A program made the position numbers and the translations under genes. A stretch of DNA of 64,000 nucleotides from Nemertoderma westbladi (taxonomy: Eukaryota > Animalia > Xenacoelomorpha): NCBI GenBank assembly GCA_032718475.1, contig JAUCBJ010003333.1, positions 62,001 to 126,000 of the forward strand, written 5' to 3'. Shown here piece by piece: positions 37,100 to 47,853 of the stretch. Below the pieces are notes generated by a model. It did not search any database and was not told where the DNA came from. It worked only from the letters and a program-made list of their open reading frames with translations. Each line of letters begins with the position of its first letter. Position 1 is the first letter of the stretch.

Positions 37100-37937
37100 A
37101 TTCTACGTAAGACTACCAAGTAACTCCTGTCCAATTGATTTTCCCCGCAATAGCGCTAGTAATTATCAGATCAATTTCCATGGCGCCTTACCTATAAACC
37201 CAAACGAAAACTGGGTGGTAGGTATAAAAAGTATATTTTACTTAGCTACGTTGCCGTCCATGTATAACAATGTAGAGAATGTTATTTTATTAAAAAAAGG
37301 AAAAAAAAATTTTGAGGATACACTTCCATCCGGTTTGTTCTACAGTATCAATGACATTATAGATTATTTTAACACGGGGGCGTTGAAAGATAAATTACAA
37401 ATAGTTGAAAATACTCAGCAAAATAGGTTGCAATTTATTTTAGGGAAAACTGTGCGAGAGTTATTTATAGGTCAACAATTAGCCTATTATTTTGGAATTA
37501 CTGAAAATAATCTCGGCGCGAATTTAAATCCAAATTTTAAAATTATTTTGAAGACGAAAAATAATATAAAGGGTTATTTAATAAAGGTTATCGGAAATGG
37601 AGAAAAAGCTTACCAGATGGTATTTTTATGCCCTCAACCACCCAATTCTATTCCAGAACCTAAGTCGAACATGTACGTGACTACTAATATAATTGAAAAT
37701 CAATATATTAATGACTTTGGTTTAGCTTTACTTCGTCGTGTTGCGATACCTGATGACGTGAAATATGGTAGCGTAATAAATAAAGAATTTGTCAAGGATA
37801 CAATTCATTATATCCCTGTAAAAAAATCATATAAGATAACATACATTCATATTGAAATAACAGACAAAGAAGGAAAAGATTTGAATTTTGAATACGGGAC
37901 AACATCTATTACATTACACTTTAAACGAATAAATTAA
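37092..37937 (+). CDS. Minor capsid (penton) protein 2, divergent paralogue
   Basis: FYVRLPSNS..FPRNSASNYQI..WVVGI; YVTTNII..ALLRRV; HYIPV..IEITDKEGKDLNF..ITLHFKR. ATG at 37092 overlaps the penton 1 stop region. Confidence 0.88.
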   Translation: MDEFYVRLPSNSCPIDFPRNSASNYQINFHGALPINPNENWVVGIKSIFYLATLPSMYNNVENVILLKKGKKNFEDTLPSGLFYSINDIIDYFNTGALKDKLQIVENTQQNRLQFILGKTVRELFIGQQLAYYFGITENNLGANLNPNFKIILKTKNNIKGYLIKVIGNGEKAYQMVFLCPQPPNSIPEPKSNMYVTTNIIENQYINDFGLALLRRVAIPDDVKYGSVINKEFVKDTIHYIPVKKSYKITYIHIEITDKEGKDLNFEYGTTSITLHFKRIN

Positions 37938-37938
37938 A

Positions 37939-38502
37939 ATGGATTCTGATTTATTTCAAAGATACAGTAAACCTCAATATGGTGGTGCAGACTCGAATCT
38001 TGCTGTTTTTAAAGGTGGTAGAAGTACGAGAGGCTCGACGCAAGTTCCTGTTTTTCGAGGTGGTTCATATATTGACCCTTACGGTCAACAAATTGGCGCA
38101 TTTGGTCCAAACTTAAAACAACGTCGTTTTCAGCATTATCGTAGAGGTATGCGGGCAAATCAACACGGAGAAGGTATATTTACAGACGCTTTATCGACAT
38201 TGAAAAAATTTGGTAAGCCATTAGCTAAAAAAGTTTTACAGAAAGCTTTACCATTTACCACAAAATTTATGAGACAACATGTAATACCAAAAGGTAAGCG
38301 GGTCTTACATCAGCAGGCTAATACGGTTATTAATAAAGCATTAAATAAAATGAAACCGTCGACAAGGTCAGTTGTAGAAAAAGTTTATAGAGATTTAAAG
38401 CCACCCGCTAGACCAATGTCTATGAACATACATCATCGACGTAGTAATAAAAATAAAAAAATAAAGGGCAAACTGAAACACTGCGAAAAAAGTATTTTTT
38501 AA
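37939..38502 (+). CDS. Basic core/membrane-active precursor with adenain-type sites
   Basis: YGG, FKGG, FRGG and QHGEG, followed by amphipathic IFTDALSTLKKFGKPLAKKVLQKALPF; basic C-terminus. Confidence 0.75.
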   Translation: MDSDLFQRYSKPQYGGADSNLAVFKGGRSTRGSTQVPVFRGGSYIDPYGQQIGAFGPNLKQRRFQHYRRGMRANQHGEGIFTDALSTLKKFGKPLAKKVLQKALPFTTKFMRQHVIPKGKRVLHQQANTVINKALNKMKPSTRSVVEKVYRDLKPPARPMSMNIHHRRSNKNKKIKGKLKHCEKSIF

Positions 38503-38504
38503 TA

Positions 38505-39764
38505 ATGTCAATTATTAAGGAATTAGATTTATTTTCTACACAGCCAATACAGACTGAATTTAAAGCAAAGCATTATGAAACAATTTACCCCGTATCTAAT
38601 CTCAGAAGTGAGTCTAGAGAAGTCACGTTCCTTGTACCGAGATCCAAAGAATTCTATACGAAACTGCAAGATGCGTTATTAATTACAAAATGTACTGTAC
38701 GGTGGGATAGACGACTTGAAAATTCTCATATATATATGCTGAATTACCCCGCTGAAACTATGTGGAGTGATATTAAAATAGACCTTAATGAGAAGCAGGT
38801 TGAAAATAGCAATAACCATTATTTCTACAAGTCGTACTTATCCAATTTACTATTTATAACTTACGAGGATAAAAATGGGCTACTGGGTGCGGGTGGCTTT
38901 CATCAACCTTTATCTGAGCACGGAAATGAAATTGACCCCGGCGCGCATCCTATTGGCGATGCCTTTAGTAAACAAATGCAATTTGTAAGTGGATTGACTA
39001 TTGATTTTGATACTGAAAGCAAAATAATACAACCTGGGTATGATTTAAGAATGCATTTTAGAAAAGTATCAAATTCGTTTATTTTTAAAATCACTCCAAA
39101 CGCAAACGCGGTGACAAATCTTCGGCTAGAATTAGATGAAATAAAGATCCTAATCCCTAGAATGGAGGTTAATCCGGTAATAGAAAGCAGTCACCTAAAA
39201 GGTTTAGAGAGTTACGATATTGAATATCAATTCCAAAAAAAGGAGGTTACAACATTTACTATTCCCGCTCAAACCACAAATTACACCCAAACAAACATAT
39301 TTGATGGTAAAAAACCCAAATTAGTTATTATCGGCTTCATAACAAATAACGCTTATTCGGGAGAATTAATTAGCAATCCCTTGAAATTTGAACATTTTAA
39401 CCTTACACGCGCGGAACTGATTGTAGACGGTCTTCCAGTAGGTGGTGTAATATACGAGCCTAATTTTACAGATGGAACATATATTTTTGAGTATACTCAA
39501 TTAATGAAGAACATTAATACATATATTAACGGTTATGGAGGTAATAATATAGACCATGAAACCTACTTAGGTAATTGCCCCATCCTATCCTGGGACTTAA
39601 CCGCCGACGGCTATGTTAGAGATCCGCAACCGTCGATATATACTAACGGCCAATTAAAATTAAGATTTGCCGAACCGTTGGTTGAAACCATAAATGTAAT
39701 CGTTTTTAATATTTATGATCAATCATTAAGTTTAAATAGCAGGAAAGAAATACATATCGATTAA
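38505..39764 (+). CDS. Double jelly-roll major capsid protein
   Basis: ELDLFSTQPIQT, KPKLVIIGF..NAYSG..NPLKFEHFNL, WDLTAD, LKLRFAEPL. Confidence 0.93.
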   Translation: MSIIKELDLFSTQPIQTEFKAKHYETIYPVSNLRSESREVTFLVPRSKEFYTKLQDALLITKCTVRWDRRLENSHIYMLNYPAETMWSDIKIDLNEKQVENSNNHYFYKSYLSNLLFITYEDKNGLLGAGGFHQPLSEHGNEIDPGAHPIGDAFSKQMQFVSGLTIDFDTESKIIQPGYDLRMHFRKVSNSFIFKITPNANAVTNLRLELDEIKILIPRMEVNPVIESSHLKGLESYDIEYQFQKKEVTTFTIPAQTTNYTQTNIFDGKKPKLVIIGFITNNAYSGELISNPLKFEHFNLTRAELIVDGLPVGGVIYEPNFTDGTYIFEYTQLMKNINTYINGYGGNNIDHETYLGNCPILSWDLTADGYVRDPQPSIYTNGQLKLRFAEPLVETINVIVFNIYDQSLSLNSRKEIHID

Positions 39765-39790
39765 GTATATTATCTACAGAGGACCTTGAT

Positions 39791-40219
39791 ATGTTTCCAG
39801 TGGGTGGTCACTATTTGGGTGCGTTTCCAGCTAATAAATTACCTAAATTAGATAATAATAAGCGAAGAGACTATGGCTTAATAGTAAATACCGATAAAGA
39901 GCATCTACCCGGGATTCATTGGATCGCGATATATATACGAGATAATGAAGCTGAATTATTTGATTCATTCGGATCAAAATATCCTAACAGATGCATCGAA
40001 AAATGGCTTGAGAAAAATTCCGCAAGGTGGCGTACTACTCGCAAACAATTTCAAGACCCAAGGAGGACCACATGCAGTCTATACTGTCTTTATTATTTGG
40101 TAAATCGAATTCACACAAACTATCCAATGAGCGCGTTTACAAATAATGTGGAAATAAATGAAATAATATTATATAAATGGCTTGTTAATTATTATAAAAT
40201 AAACCAACAAGCGTTGTAA
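39791..40219 (+). CDS. Adenain-like cysteine protease
   Basis: IVNTD..PGIHWIAI, FDSFG, Q..TTCSLYCLYY. The frame stays open a further ~17 codons upstream. Confidence 0.92.
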   Translation: MFPVGGHYLGAFPANKLPKLDNNKRRDYGLIVNTDKEHLPGIHWIAIYIRDNEAELFDSFGSKYPNRCIEKWLEKNSARWRTTRKQFQDPRRTTCSLYCLYYLVNRIHTNYPMSAFTNNVEINEIILYKWLVNYYKINQQAL

Positions 40220-40250
40220 TTAATCATTTAACTTTTGTTTATCAGATAAA

Positions 40251-40853
40251 ATGGATAATATTATTTTTGTTGATTTTCAATATTATAAGATAGACAATAA
40301 AGAGTATCCGGTAGTATTTAAAGAATTTGCTATATTTGATTCTAATTACACCAAAACTAATGTAAAGACGTATTTAATTAAAGGCCCACCTAATATTAAG
40401 TTATCAGCTTTAGATGTAGCTCACATAAACAATTTACGAGACATGACTTCTCATTTGCCCTGGGACTACGGTGACATTTCGCAAGATGAGTTTAAAAAAT
40501 ATATGAAGAGACATTTAAAATATAAAAAAAATATATATGTATTTGGGTTGCTGAAGCGGGCAATATTAGTTTCCCAACTCGATGTTCTCGCGCCAAATTC
40601 GGTGGAGAAATTGGGAATATATAAGCAATATCATGATTATTTAACCCCCTGTCGCTTTCACGATCAATTTATTGCACTGGAAAATAAATGTGCGTTCCAC
40701 TTAAACACAAAGGATAATTGTCTGCGGTATTGCTCAGCAAAATGCGTTGGGGGGTATGAGATGCTACACTTTTTCATGAGAAAGCGTTTAACTGCGACTG
40801 ATGATGATAAACAGAAAGAAATAACTGCGGTGGAAGATGTACTCATACTGTAG
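40251..40853 (+). CDS. DnaQ-fold/Maelstrom-like nuclease
   Basis: IFVDFQYY..VFKEFAIF..LIKGP..TSHLPWDYG..KCAFH......RYCSAKCV. Confidence 0.65.
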   Translation: MDNIIFVDFQYYKIDNKEYPVVFKEFAIFDSNYTKTNVKTYLIKGPPNIKLSALDVAHINNLRDMTSHLPWDYGDISQDEFKKYMKRHLKYKKNIYVFGLLKRAILVSQLDVLAPNSVEKLGIYKQYHDYLTPCRFHDQFIALENKCAFHLNTKDNCLRYCSAKCVGGYEMLHFFMRKRLTATDDDKQKEITAVEDVLIL

Positions 40854-41442
40854 GTTTAACTGAGGTGGAAGATGTACTCTTACAGTAGGTTTACTCTAAG
40901 CTTGTAATGTGATGGGATAATATATTTGTTTTAATGTCAATAAAAAATAATAAAAACATTAAAATCTTTTTTTATATCACTGTTTACACTCACAAACACA
41001 ACACACCTACCGGTAGCCGACTGTTGTATCAGAGTTTAACTACCAGTAGCTAGCTGACTTTACACATACAGACATATAGAATGGCAGAATGGTGCCCTTC
41101 TAGACTGACAGCAACCACAAGGCTTTAGCACAAGGCTTACTAAATTAACTCAACATGGAGGGTTCGTGAATGCTGCATTAGAGAGGCCCTCCTAACAATA
41201 GGCCTACTGGTACCGAGGGCCCTGTAGCCCAGTACTTGAGGATAGAGCAAGGGCATACCGCTTTCTTTGATTTAAGGATTACACTATTACACTTGAATGC
41301 TTCCAATTTTCTGTTTACAACTTTAATTGGTCTAATCTACATTACTGCGGGCGGGCTACTACTGTCGCATAGGTAAGCCTATACAGCTATAGTTAACTTT
41401 ATGCGGGGCCCTTTTTCGAATGTTGACCCAATATGGTTTATG

Positions 41443-41823
41443 GTTAACCTTTAGTACTCGCGGATAGGTAAGGTACACTTTCATTCGGTTAGGCATATAG
41501 GCCTAATGACTTACTCCTCAACTGAAAGTTGACTAGCTCATTGATACAATAGGTGTGGTTAGGTACCGGTAGCGCTATAGGTCCTATAAAATCCCCTCGC
41601 ACTCTCTGTTACTAACTTTCTACATTCACTCTATGTTGTATGCTTCTTTACAGTTAACCTTTAGAACTCTTGGTTAGGGGCGCCATCATTCAACCAGTCA
41701 TATAATGGCTCCACTCGGATACAATAGGTGTGGCTCGCGGTATACCTAACTAAGCCTATATAAAATCCACCCCATTCTCTGTTACTAACATTCACTCTAT
41801 GTTGACGGAGGGACTATATAAAA
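41443..41823 (+). promoter_or_regulatory. Duplicated ~175-210-bp unit with TATA boxes in the Polinton central spacer
   Basis: GTTAACCTTTAG (41443, 41653), GATACAATAGGTGTGG (41543, 41718), TATAAAA (41585), TATATAAAA (41757, 41815). The first two TATA boxes are each followed by ACATTCACTCTATGTTG. Confidence 0.5.
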
Positions 41824-41963
41824 CATAGTTAATTTATTTATGTATTCGCTTTTTTTTTTAAATTATATATAAAATAGATTCAGGCTACTAAGTTTTATAA
41901 GCAACAATAACTGATAACAATAACAACAACAACAACACTAAATTTATTACTGTATTATACTTT

Positions 41964-42368
41964 TTATAGTCCTATATGTGGGTCCCTCTGTAGAGTTTCC
42001 TCCATTGCTGGTACCTGTAAATGGTTGTTTATAGGCCTAACTTCTACCGGTCTTTGTGATGGTATATTGAAGTGAAGCGTGTCATCAACATCATTCTCCC
42101 AATTTTCGCTAGAGGGTGAGCTTCCCGATATTTGCGGTTGTATCTTTATAACAAGCGAGAAATCTTTTGAAATTTCAACCTTTGTAGGCGATAAAGGTAG
42201 ACCTACTCCATATTCTACCGAAGTAAACCCAATCTCAAATTTTTTGTTTATATATCGCAACTCTATCTCAGCAATATTGGATGCTGCGAGATATGTTTCG
42301 TCGCTTGATTGCAATTCGATTTTGATACAACTTTTCAACTCACGGTTATTGAAAAAGGCGAATGTCAT
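41964..42368 (-). CDS. Polinton hypothetical protein
   Basis: 134-aa ORF co-oriented with the pPolB cluster; no motif recognised. Confidence 0.5.
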   Translation of the reverse strand: MTFAFFNNRELKSCIKIELQSSDETYLAASNIAEIELRYINKKFEIGFTSVEYGVGLPLSPTKVEISKDFSLVIKIQPQISGSSPSSENWENDVDDTLHFNIPSQRPVEVRPINNHLQVPAMEETLQRDPHIGL

Positions 42369-43058
42369 CTTCGAGTTGAGGTAAGTTGTCGTCGTCGTCG
42401 TAACTAGGTACCGGAAAGAATATCTTTAAATTGAATAGGTAGGCCTACTGATATTTTTTTTTCTTCTTTTGTTTAACAAAATTATAGTTCACTGTCAGAA
42501 AAATTGAGTTTATATATATTTTTGTAGAGGGTCGCAGATGTGTACATTACAAAATTCTCATAGTTAACAAAATGCACAACATAAACCTTTCCCATGCGGA
42601 TTAGCGATATATGCTCTGGTCGTTGTTCTATTCTGAATGTAGGGAGATGCATAGCCGATGTTTTAATGATATGTACCGGTATACAGACTAGTAACAGATA
42701 GGAGGGCATCGTCTTTGACTATGAATACCAGCACATAGCCCTAATCTTTTCTCACCGAGCTTAGCGTTGCCCACCGCACTCACGCACACTCATAAGTAAC
42801 AGATGCGCTATTGTAACTCACTTGTGAGCAACAATGCCAAGTTAGCTAGCTAGCTAGCTACAGCCCCTGAGTATACTATGCCTACTTGAGTGTTACAAGC
42901 AGCAATCGCTCTACCGAAGTTAATTTCCCCTCAAACTAGTTGTTGATTTTAAAAAAAAATATTCATAATTTTTTTCCAACCAATTTAATATATATATATA
43001 TTTTACAGTAAAAATCTCCACCACCAAACAGCAACAACAACAATAAATTTCACTCACA

Positions 43059-43637
43059 CTAATTATATTTTACAACAAAAACCCTCGCACCAAACAATAA
43101 TAAATTATTAACCAGTTTGTTGAATATAGGGTAATATATATGAAATTTAAACGGGGAACACATTAATGTACATTTACCGGTGTAGAAGCAGCAAACAACA
43201 ACATTATTATTTATTCTGACTTTACAGTTATTGAATATTTCAGGTTCATATATAACTTGAAGTTGCACATTATCAAAGACAACATAAAACCCGGTATTGT
43301 TTATCAATAACCTATAGACTACAGACTTAATACTAAAAATATAAGTACATAAATTAACAGATTTTAAAATCAAATTAATACTAGTTTTATCAAATATATG
43401 CTTTTTTACTTTTTGGAAATTATACTTACTGCCTAATAATGTAATACAACCATTTTTAAATATTAATAATGTAGCGCCAAATATCTTATATATAAACTGA
43501 TTTGGTTTGAGTATGTGTTTACCAGATAATTGATTTTTTAATTCTTTAAAATTAATCGCTAACACTTGCTGGCAACTTATATTTTTATTTACTATTTGAT
43601 AATTCATCATCAATACCATCGTCTTTTGGTTCTTCAT
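43059..43637 (-). CDS. TATA-binding protein (TBP)-like protein
   Basis: Two TBP-like repeats: QIVN..INFKEL..KPNQFIYKI..TLLIFKNGCITLLGSK and SVNL..YEPEIF..VVVCCFYTGKCTL. Overlaps the pPolB 3' end. Confidence 0.8.
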   Translation of the reverse strand: MKNQKTMVLMMNYQIVNKNISCQQVLAINFKELKNQLSGKHILKPNQFIYKIFGATLLIFKNGCITLLGSKYNFQKVKKHIFDKTSINLILKSVNLCTYIFSIKSVVYRLLINNTGFYVVFDNVQLQVIYEPEIFNNCKVRINNNVVVCCFYTGKCTLMCSPFKFHIYYPIFNKLVNNLLLFGARVFVVKYN

Positions 43638-46600
43638 AAATTGGTATATTTGATATTTTTATAGGTTTTTTGAGGTTTGTTTTATAGTGCCCCCAAGGAA
43701 GCGAATGATTTTTATTAACCCAATAAAGTTTATCGTCAAAGCTACTGAGTGCAAATTTATTTTGCTTTAAGGTATAAATACGATGTAATTTAGATTGAAA
43801 TCTGTGTATGTTTTTTTTTATTTCTTCATTTGAGTTATATGCTTTTAAATATTCTTCATGTGTAATATTCGTTTCCACAACAGCTCTTGTAATACCTTTT
43901 GCTCTACGAATATTTTTATTATTCCATTCCAAAGTTGAATATAATTTTGGTCTTAAAAATACTGCTTGTTTAATTTCACGTGAGGCTAGTTCGTCTTTAC
44001 AGTAATAGAGTCTGGATTTATTTTTATCGCTGTAGAGGGGGTGATCCTTAGGGTAATTGGAAGTATCTAAAATATTATTTTTAATTAATGCTTTTAAAAA
44101 ATTATTCTGCGATGTATTATAATAACAACCTATCAATGAGTCAGTGTCTGATGCAGCAATTTCAATACGACAGTTTAATTCTTTCTCAATAGGTAGCAAT
44201 TTATTGTAATACAGCTCATACATATCCAATTTAGCCAAGTCCAACACAGCGCTACCAATAAATATAGGCTTATCGAGAGTTACAGAGTCTTTCACTAATA
44301 AATGTCCCGATAATGTATTATTGTATATTATAAATTGTTCATGATTAATACGATTTACCAATTGATCGCATTTATCGTTGCTATTTGCGATACGAAAGTT
44401 ACATCGGTCTCGTATCCTCTCTATTGATTTGCCAAACAGTGAATTATTGAGCAATTTCGCGACAGCAGTTTCAATGTAACTTTTTGCTAGGCGCCTTTGA
44501 TTAATATTAAAATCTATGTAATTTTTAAATACAAATTCTTGTTGAAAAGAATATAATTTATGTAGTTTAGTAACAATTAATCCATGTTTTATATAAAATT
44601 TTAACAGTTTCAAATGTAAATGATAAAACTCTTTATCAAATTGCGTCAGCAAGAGTTTTGGTGTAGACATCCTATATTTACGGGAGGTACCTCTTTGTAT
44701 CGATAAATTATTAAATTGTTCCCGCATATAAGGCGAAAGCATTGTTTCATTTATACTTAAATGCTCTGGGGCTAACGGTAATTGTAATGTTTGATCGTGA
44801 ATAGCCTTGGGATAATTTAAATCATATATTAAAAAATATCCAGTAGATCCATCAATGTCTAAATCTACCAAGTACTCGATTAGTTTTTCTGGAATTGCAT
44901 TCTCCAAATGTTTAATACTTACTTCTTTGAATTGCGAGGTGGGTAGTTTTTTACTTAAATTCCCAGAATATAAAGAGTTGAAATCAATATTAAAAATATG
45001 GCATTCTTCCTTAGTAGAATCATATGTACTTGTTCCAGGTATATTTGATTCTATATAATGCTTTCGATAAAATTATACACCACCCCTAATTGATTTTTCA
45101 AAATCTCTATATGTTTGATAATCCTTTATTAATTCTATTTTACATTTATTATATTTTAGCGCGCAATCATAGGTAAATGACGCAATACTACAGTAAAAAA
45201 CCACTTCTAAATCGTAATTTTGTTTACAAACATTCCTAAAATTCTCAAATATATCAGCAAGCAAACAAACATCGAGTTTTAAATAGGCTAAAAGATAATC
45301 TTTGAGATTCACACAGTCGAATTCTACCCATGATAATCCTGCAAACCTATAATCTTCAATTGTGCATGTTTTTTGTGTTAAGTTACTAAAAAAATTATTT
45401 ATAGACGGCAAACCAGTATCATTAAATTTATTAATATCTGTCAAGTACTCGTATGGAAATACTCCTTTCCGTTTAATTGTTGAGTTATTCAAGTTTGGAT
45501 AAAAATATTTCATTTCTTGTAGAGTAATAGGTAAAATTGAGCTTATATCATGACTCGCTACATCCTTTGTTGAACACTCAACTAAATTACTTAGGGAAAA
45601 GCTTAAAAATTGATATGTGTCTAAGAAACGTAACTCAATTTTTTTAGAAGTGTTTTTAATTGGGATAAACGCACTCAGTGAAATATATCGTTCTGTATTT
45701 CTCGGTATAACCTTTATATCCCAATCGGTGTATTTCTTATCTCTAAATCCGGTTTGTAATATACAATGTATATCGTAATTACTGGAATTGTGCCCGCAAA
45801 GTACATACAGGTATCGTTTCAATGATAAACTTCGGTTACAACTATTACAGGCTGCTGCAATATATTTACCTGTAATATGTGAATGATGTCTGTTTTTCCC
45901 AACATTATTATTTAAAGTAACATTACAATAGAAACAAAATTTTGCCTGTTCAAAATTTACAAAATCAATATTAGTAAATGACATAGTTTTATGAGTGTAT
46001 ATGTCTGACCAACAACATAATTCAGTTAAATCAAAATATAATGAATCTAAGAAATCTTGAATACAATTATTATTATTATTTGACTTTACGAATGTTTTCA
46101 AATGACATTTTGGGGGGGTTAATTAATTCAGTATTGGGAACAATTAAATAACTCGCAGCACACGGTATATGCTCCTGTATAAATTGATTATTAACTGAAG
46201 GTTGTAAGATACATTCTATATCGAAGTAGGTGACAAACAATGGGGATAAGGTTCTATCTAAATTTGTAAAACTAATGTGTGTTCTTTTTTTATTAGGCAG
46301 TTTCTCTCGTTGACTTCTTCCTTGGTAGCATGCAAGACGGTGTCGTTGGAGAACTTCCGATTGAAAAAAATGAGCCAAACACCTTTCACAATATTTCCTA
46401 TTCCCGATATGAAGAGCTCTCGTATTCAGCAATCGATTCAAGTTAGTTATGCAAACATAATGATTCAGTTTAGGTACATTGTTATTTTTTACTACAAGTA
46501 ATATATTTAATAACTCTTTATCGGGTGTAATTTTACTAAACGGTGGTTGTCTTAATATAGATACGGGGGCGCGTTTGTTGTCGTTATTCCAACATAGTAA

Positions 46601-47647
46601 ATTAATTATATATTTTGAATTTTGTTTTTCAAAAAGTTTAATCGCTAACAGCCACTCTGTTGGATAATCTTTGTTCCCGTTGTCAAAAATGAAATGACTC
46701 ATATAATTTTTGTACGATGAAGTACGGTTTTTGTGATCTTTCACTTTGCTACTAAATTTTGCGGCTATAATAGCCCATTTGAAACAGTCATTATCTACCG
46801 TTTGAATATTTATTGTACATTTTTTAGCTGATAGAGCCTTAGGTAATTCCATATATCCATGCCCCTTATATAGTAACGACCTACACTTAGATTCAGCTAA
46901 TTTAATTTCAACCCTTAATAAAGATTTAATACGCCATCCCGAACCACGTGTGTTAAAGATGGCTATTTTTTGTAATATATTTTCCACAACATACTCAAAC
47001 CATGTGTCAAAACTTTGCGGCGAATCTACAGTATTAATAGCACCACCGGAAGAATTAAAATAAAAGGTTTCCAATTGCTCGCCTTCTGAAAAATGTGATC
47101 TGTACATTAATACTTTTAGACCTAACCACAGTCTAAGAACATTCATTTCTTTCAATCTATCTAATATTAACTGAAGAATATTACCTCGAATTTGTGCTAA
47201 TGCTGTTTCTACATCGGGATAATCTCTAGAAGTTGGGAGGTCGTGGACATAAATTTCAAGACGATTATCGTGAGCTTCTTGTTCCCGCGTAAAAATTGTT
47301 GCGCATGTACCAAGAGCCACCCTTAAGTTTTTTCTGGATATTATATTTTTATGTTGCGGAAATTTACGCTTTCTTGTGTAGTAACATTTCAAGTGACAGT
47401 TGTGTCGTATATAATTCTCATATGTATACTCTTTATTACAGGTAGAACAAGTCAATTGATAGGTGCGGAACTCCATTTCTTTACAACCAGTAGTCGATTC
47501 ATGTCGTTTACAAATTTCGCTGCATGAAGTCACAACATGACACTTAAAACAATAATAACTTTCAAAATGTGACCGTAGGTGGCGTAAGTAATTATGTCTA
47601 GTTACATTCATATGACAGAATGAACAACATATTGTTATTTTATCCAT
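43585..47647 (-). pseudogene. polB: Protein-primed family B DNA polymerase with N-terminal Zn fingers, terminal-protein/vOTU region and EndoVII-like insert; one frameshift, one nonsense codon
   Basis: GSGW, DNDCFKW/HYVCI, ExoI YFDIE, RHHSHITG..CNSCN, ExoII HNSSNYD, RKGVFPYEY, ExoIII YLKLDV, SIRGGV*(45073-75), IDFNSLY, KLLNNSLFGK, SDTDS. Removing one base from the G7/C7 run at 46112-18 joins the frames. Confidence 0.95.
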
Positions 47648-47853
47648 GTTGAAGTTTGTTAGTTTGTTTAGATAAATAATAATAATAATAATAAAATATG
47701 TCCAAAGATTAAAATGAAATGAAATGAAATGAAATGTTATTGACTATATCTAAACATTTATATGCTAGTGAGGGAAATAATTTTAAACCAATCACCAATC
47801 ACCAATCGCTTATGACTATTAGAAACCACAAAGAGTTTAACTTATGATTAGGT

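Noticed and set aside
46105-46120. Programmed frameshift in pPolB
   Set aside because: A single extra base in a 7-nt homopolymer; the window has many long G/C runs, so mutation or sequencing error is more likely.
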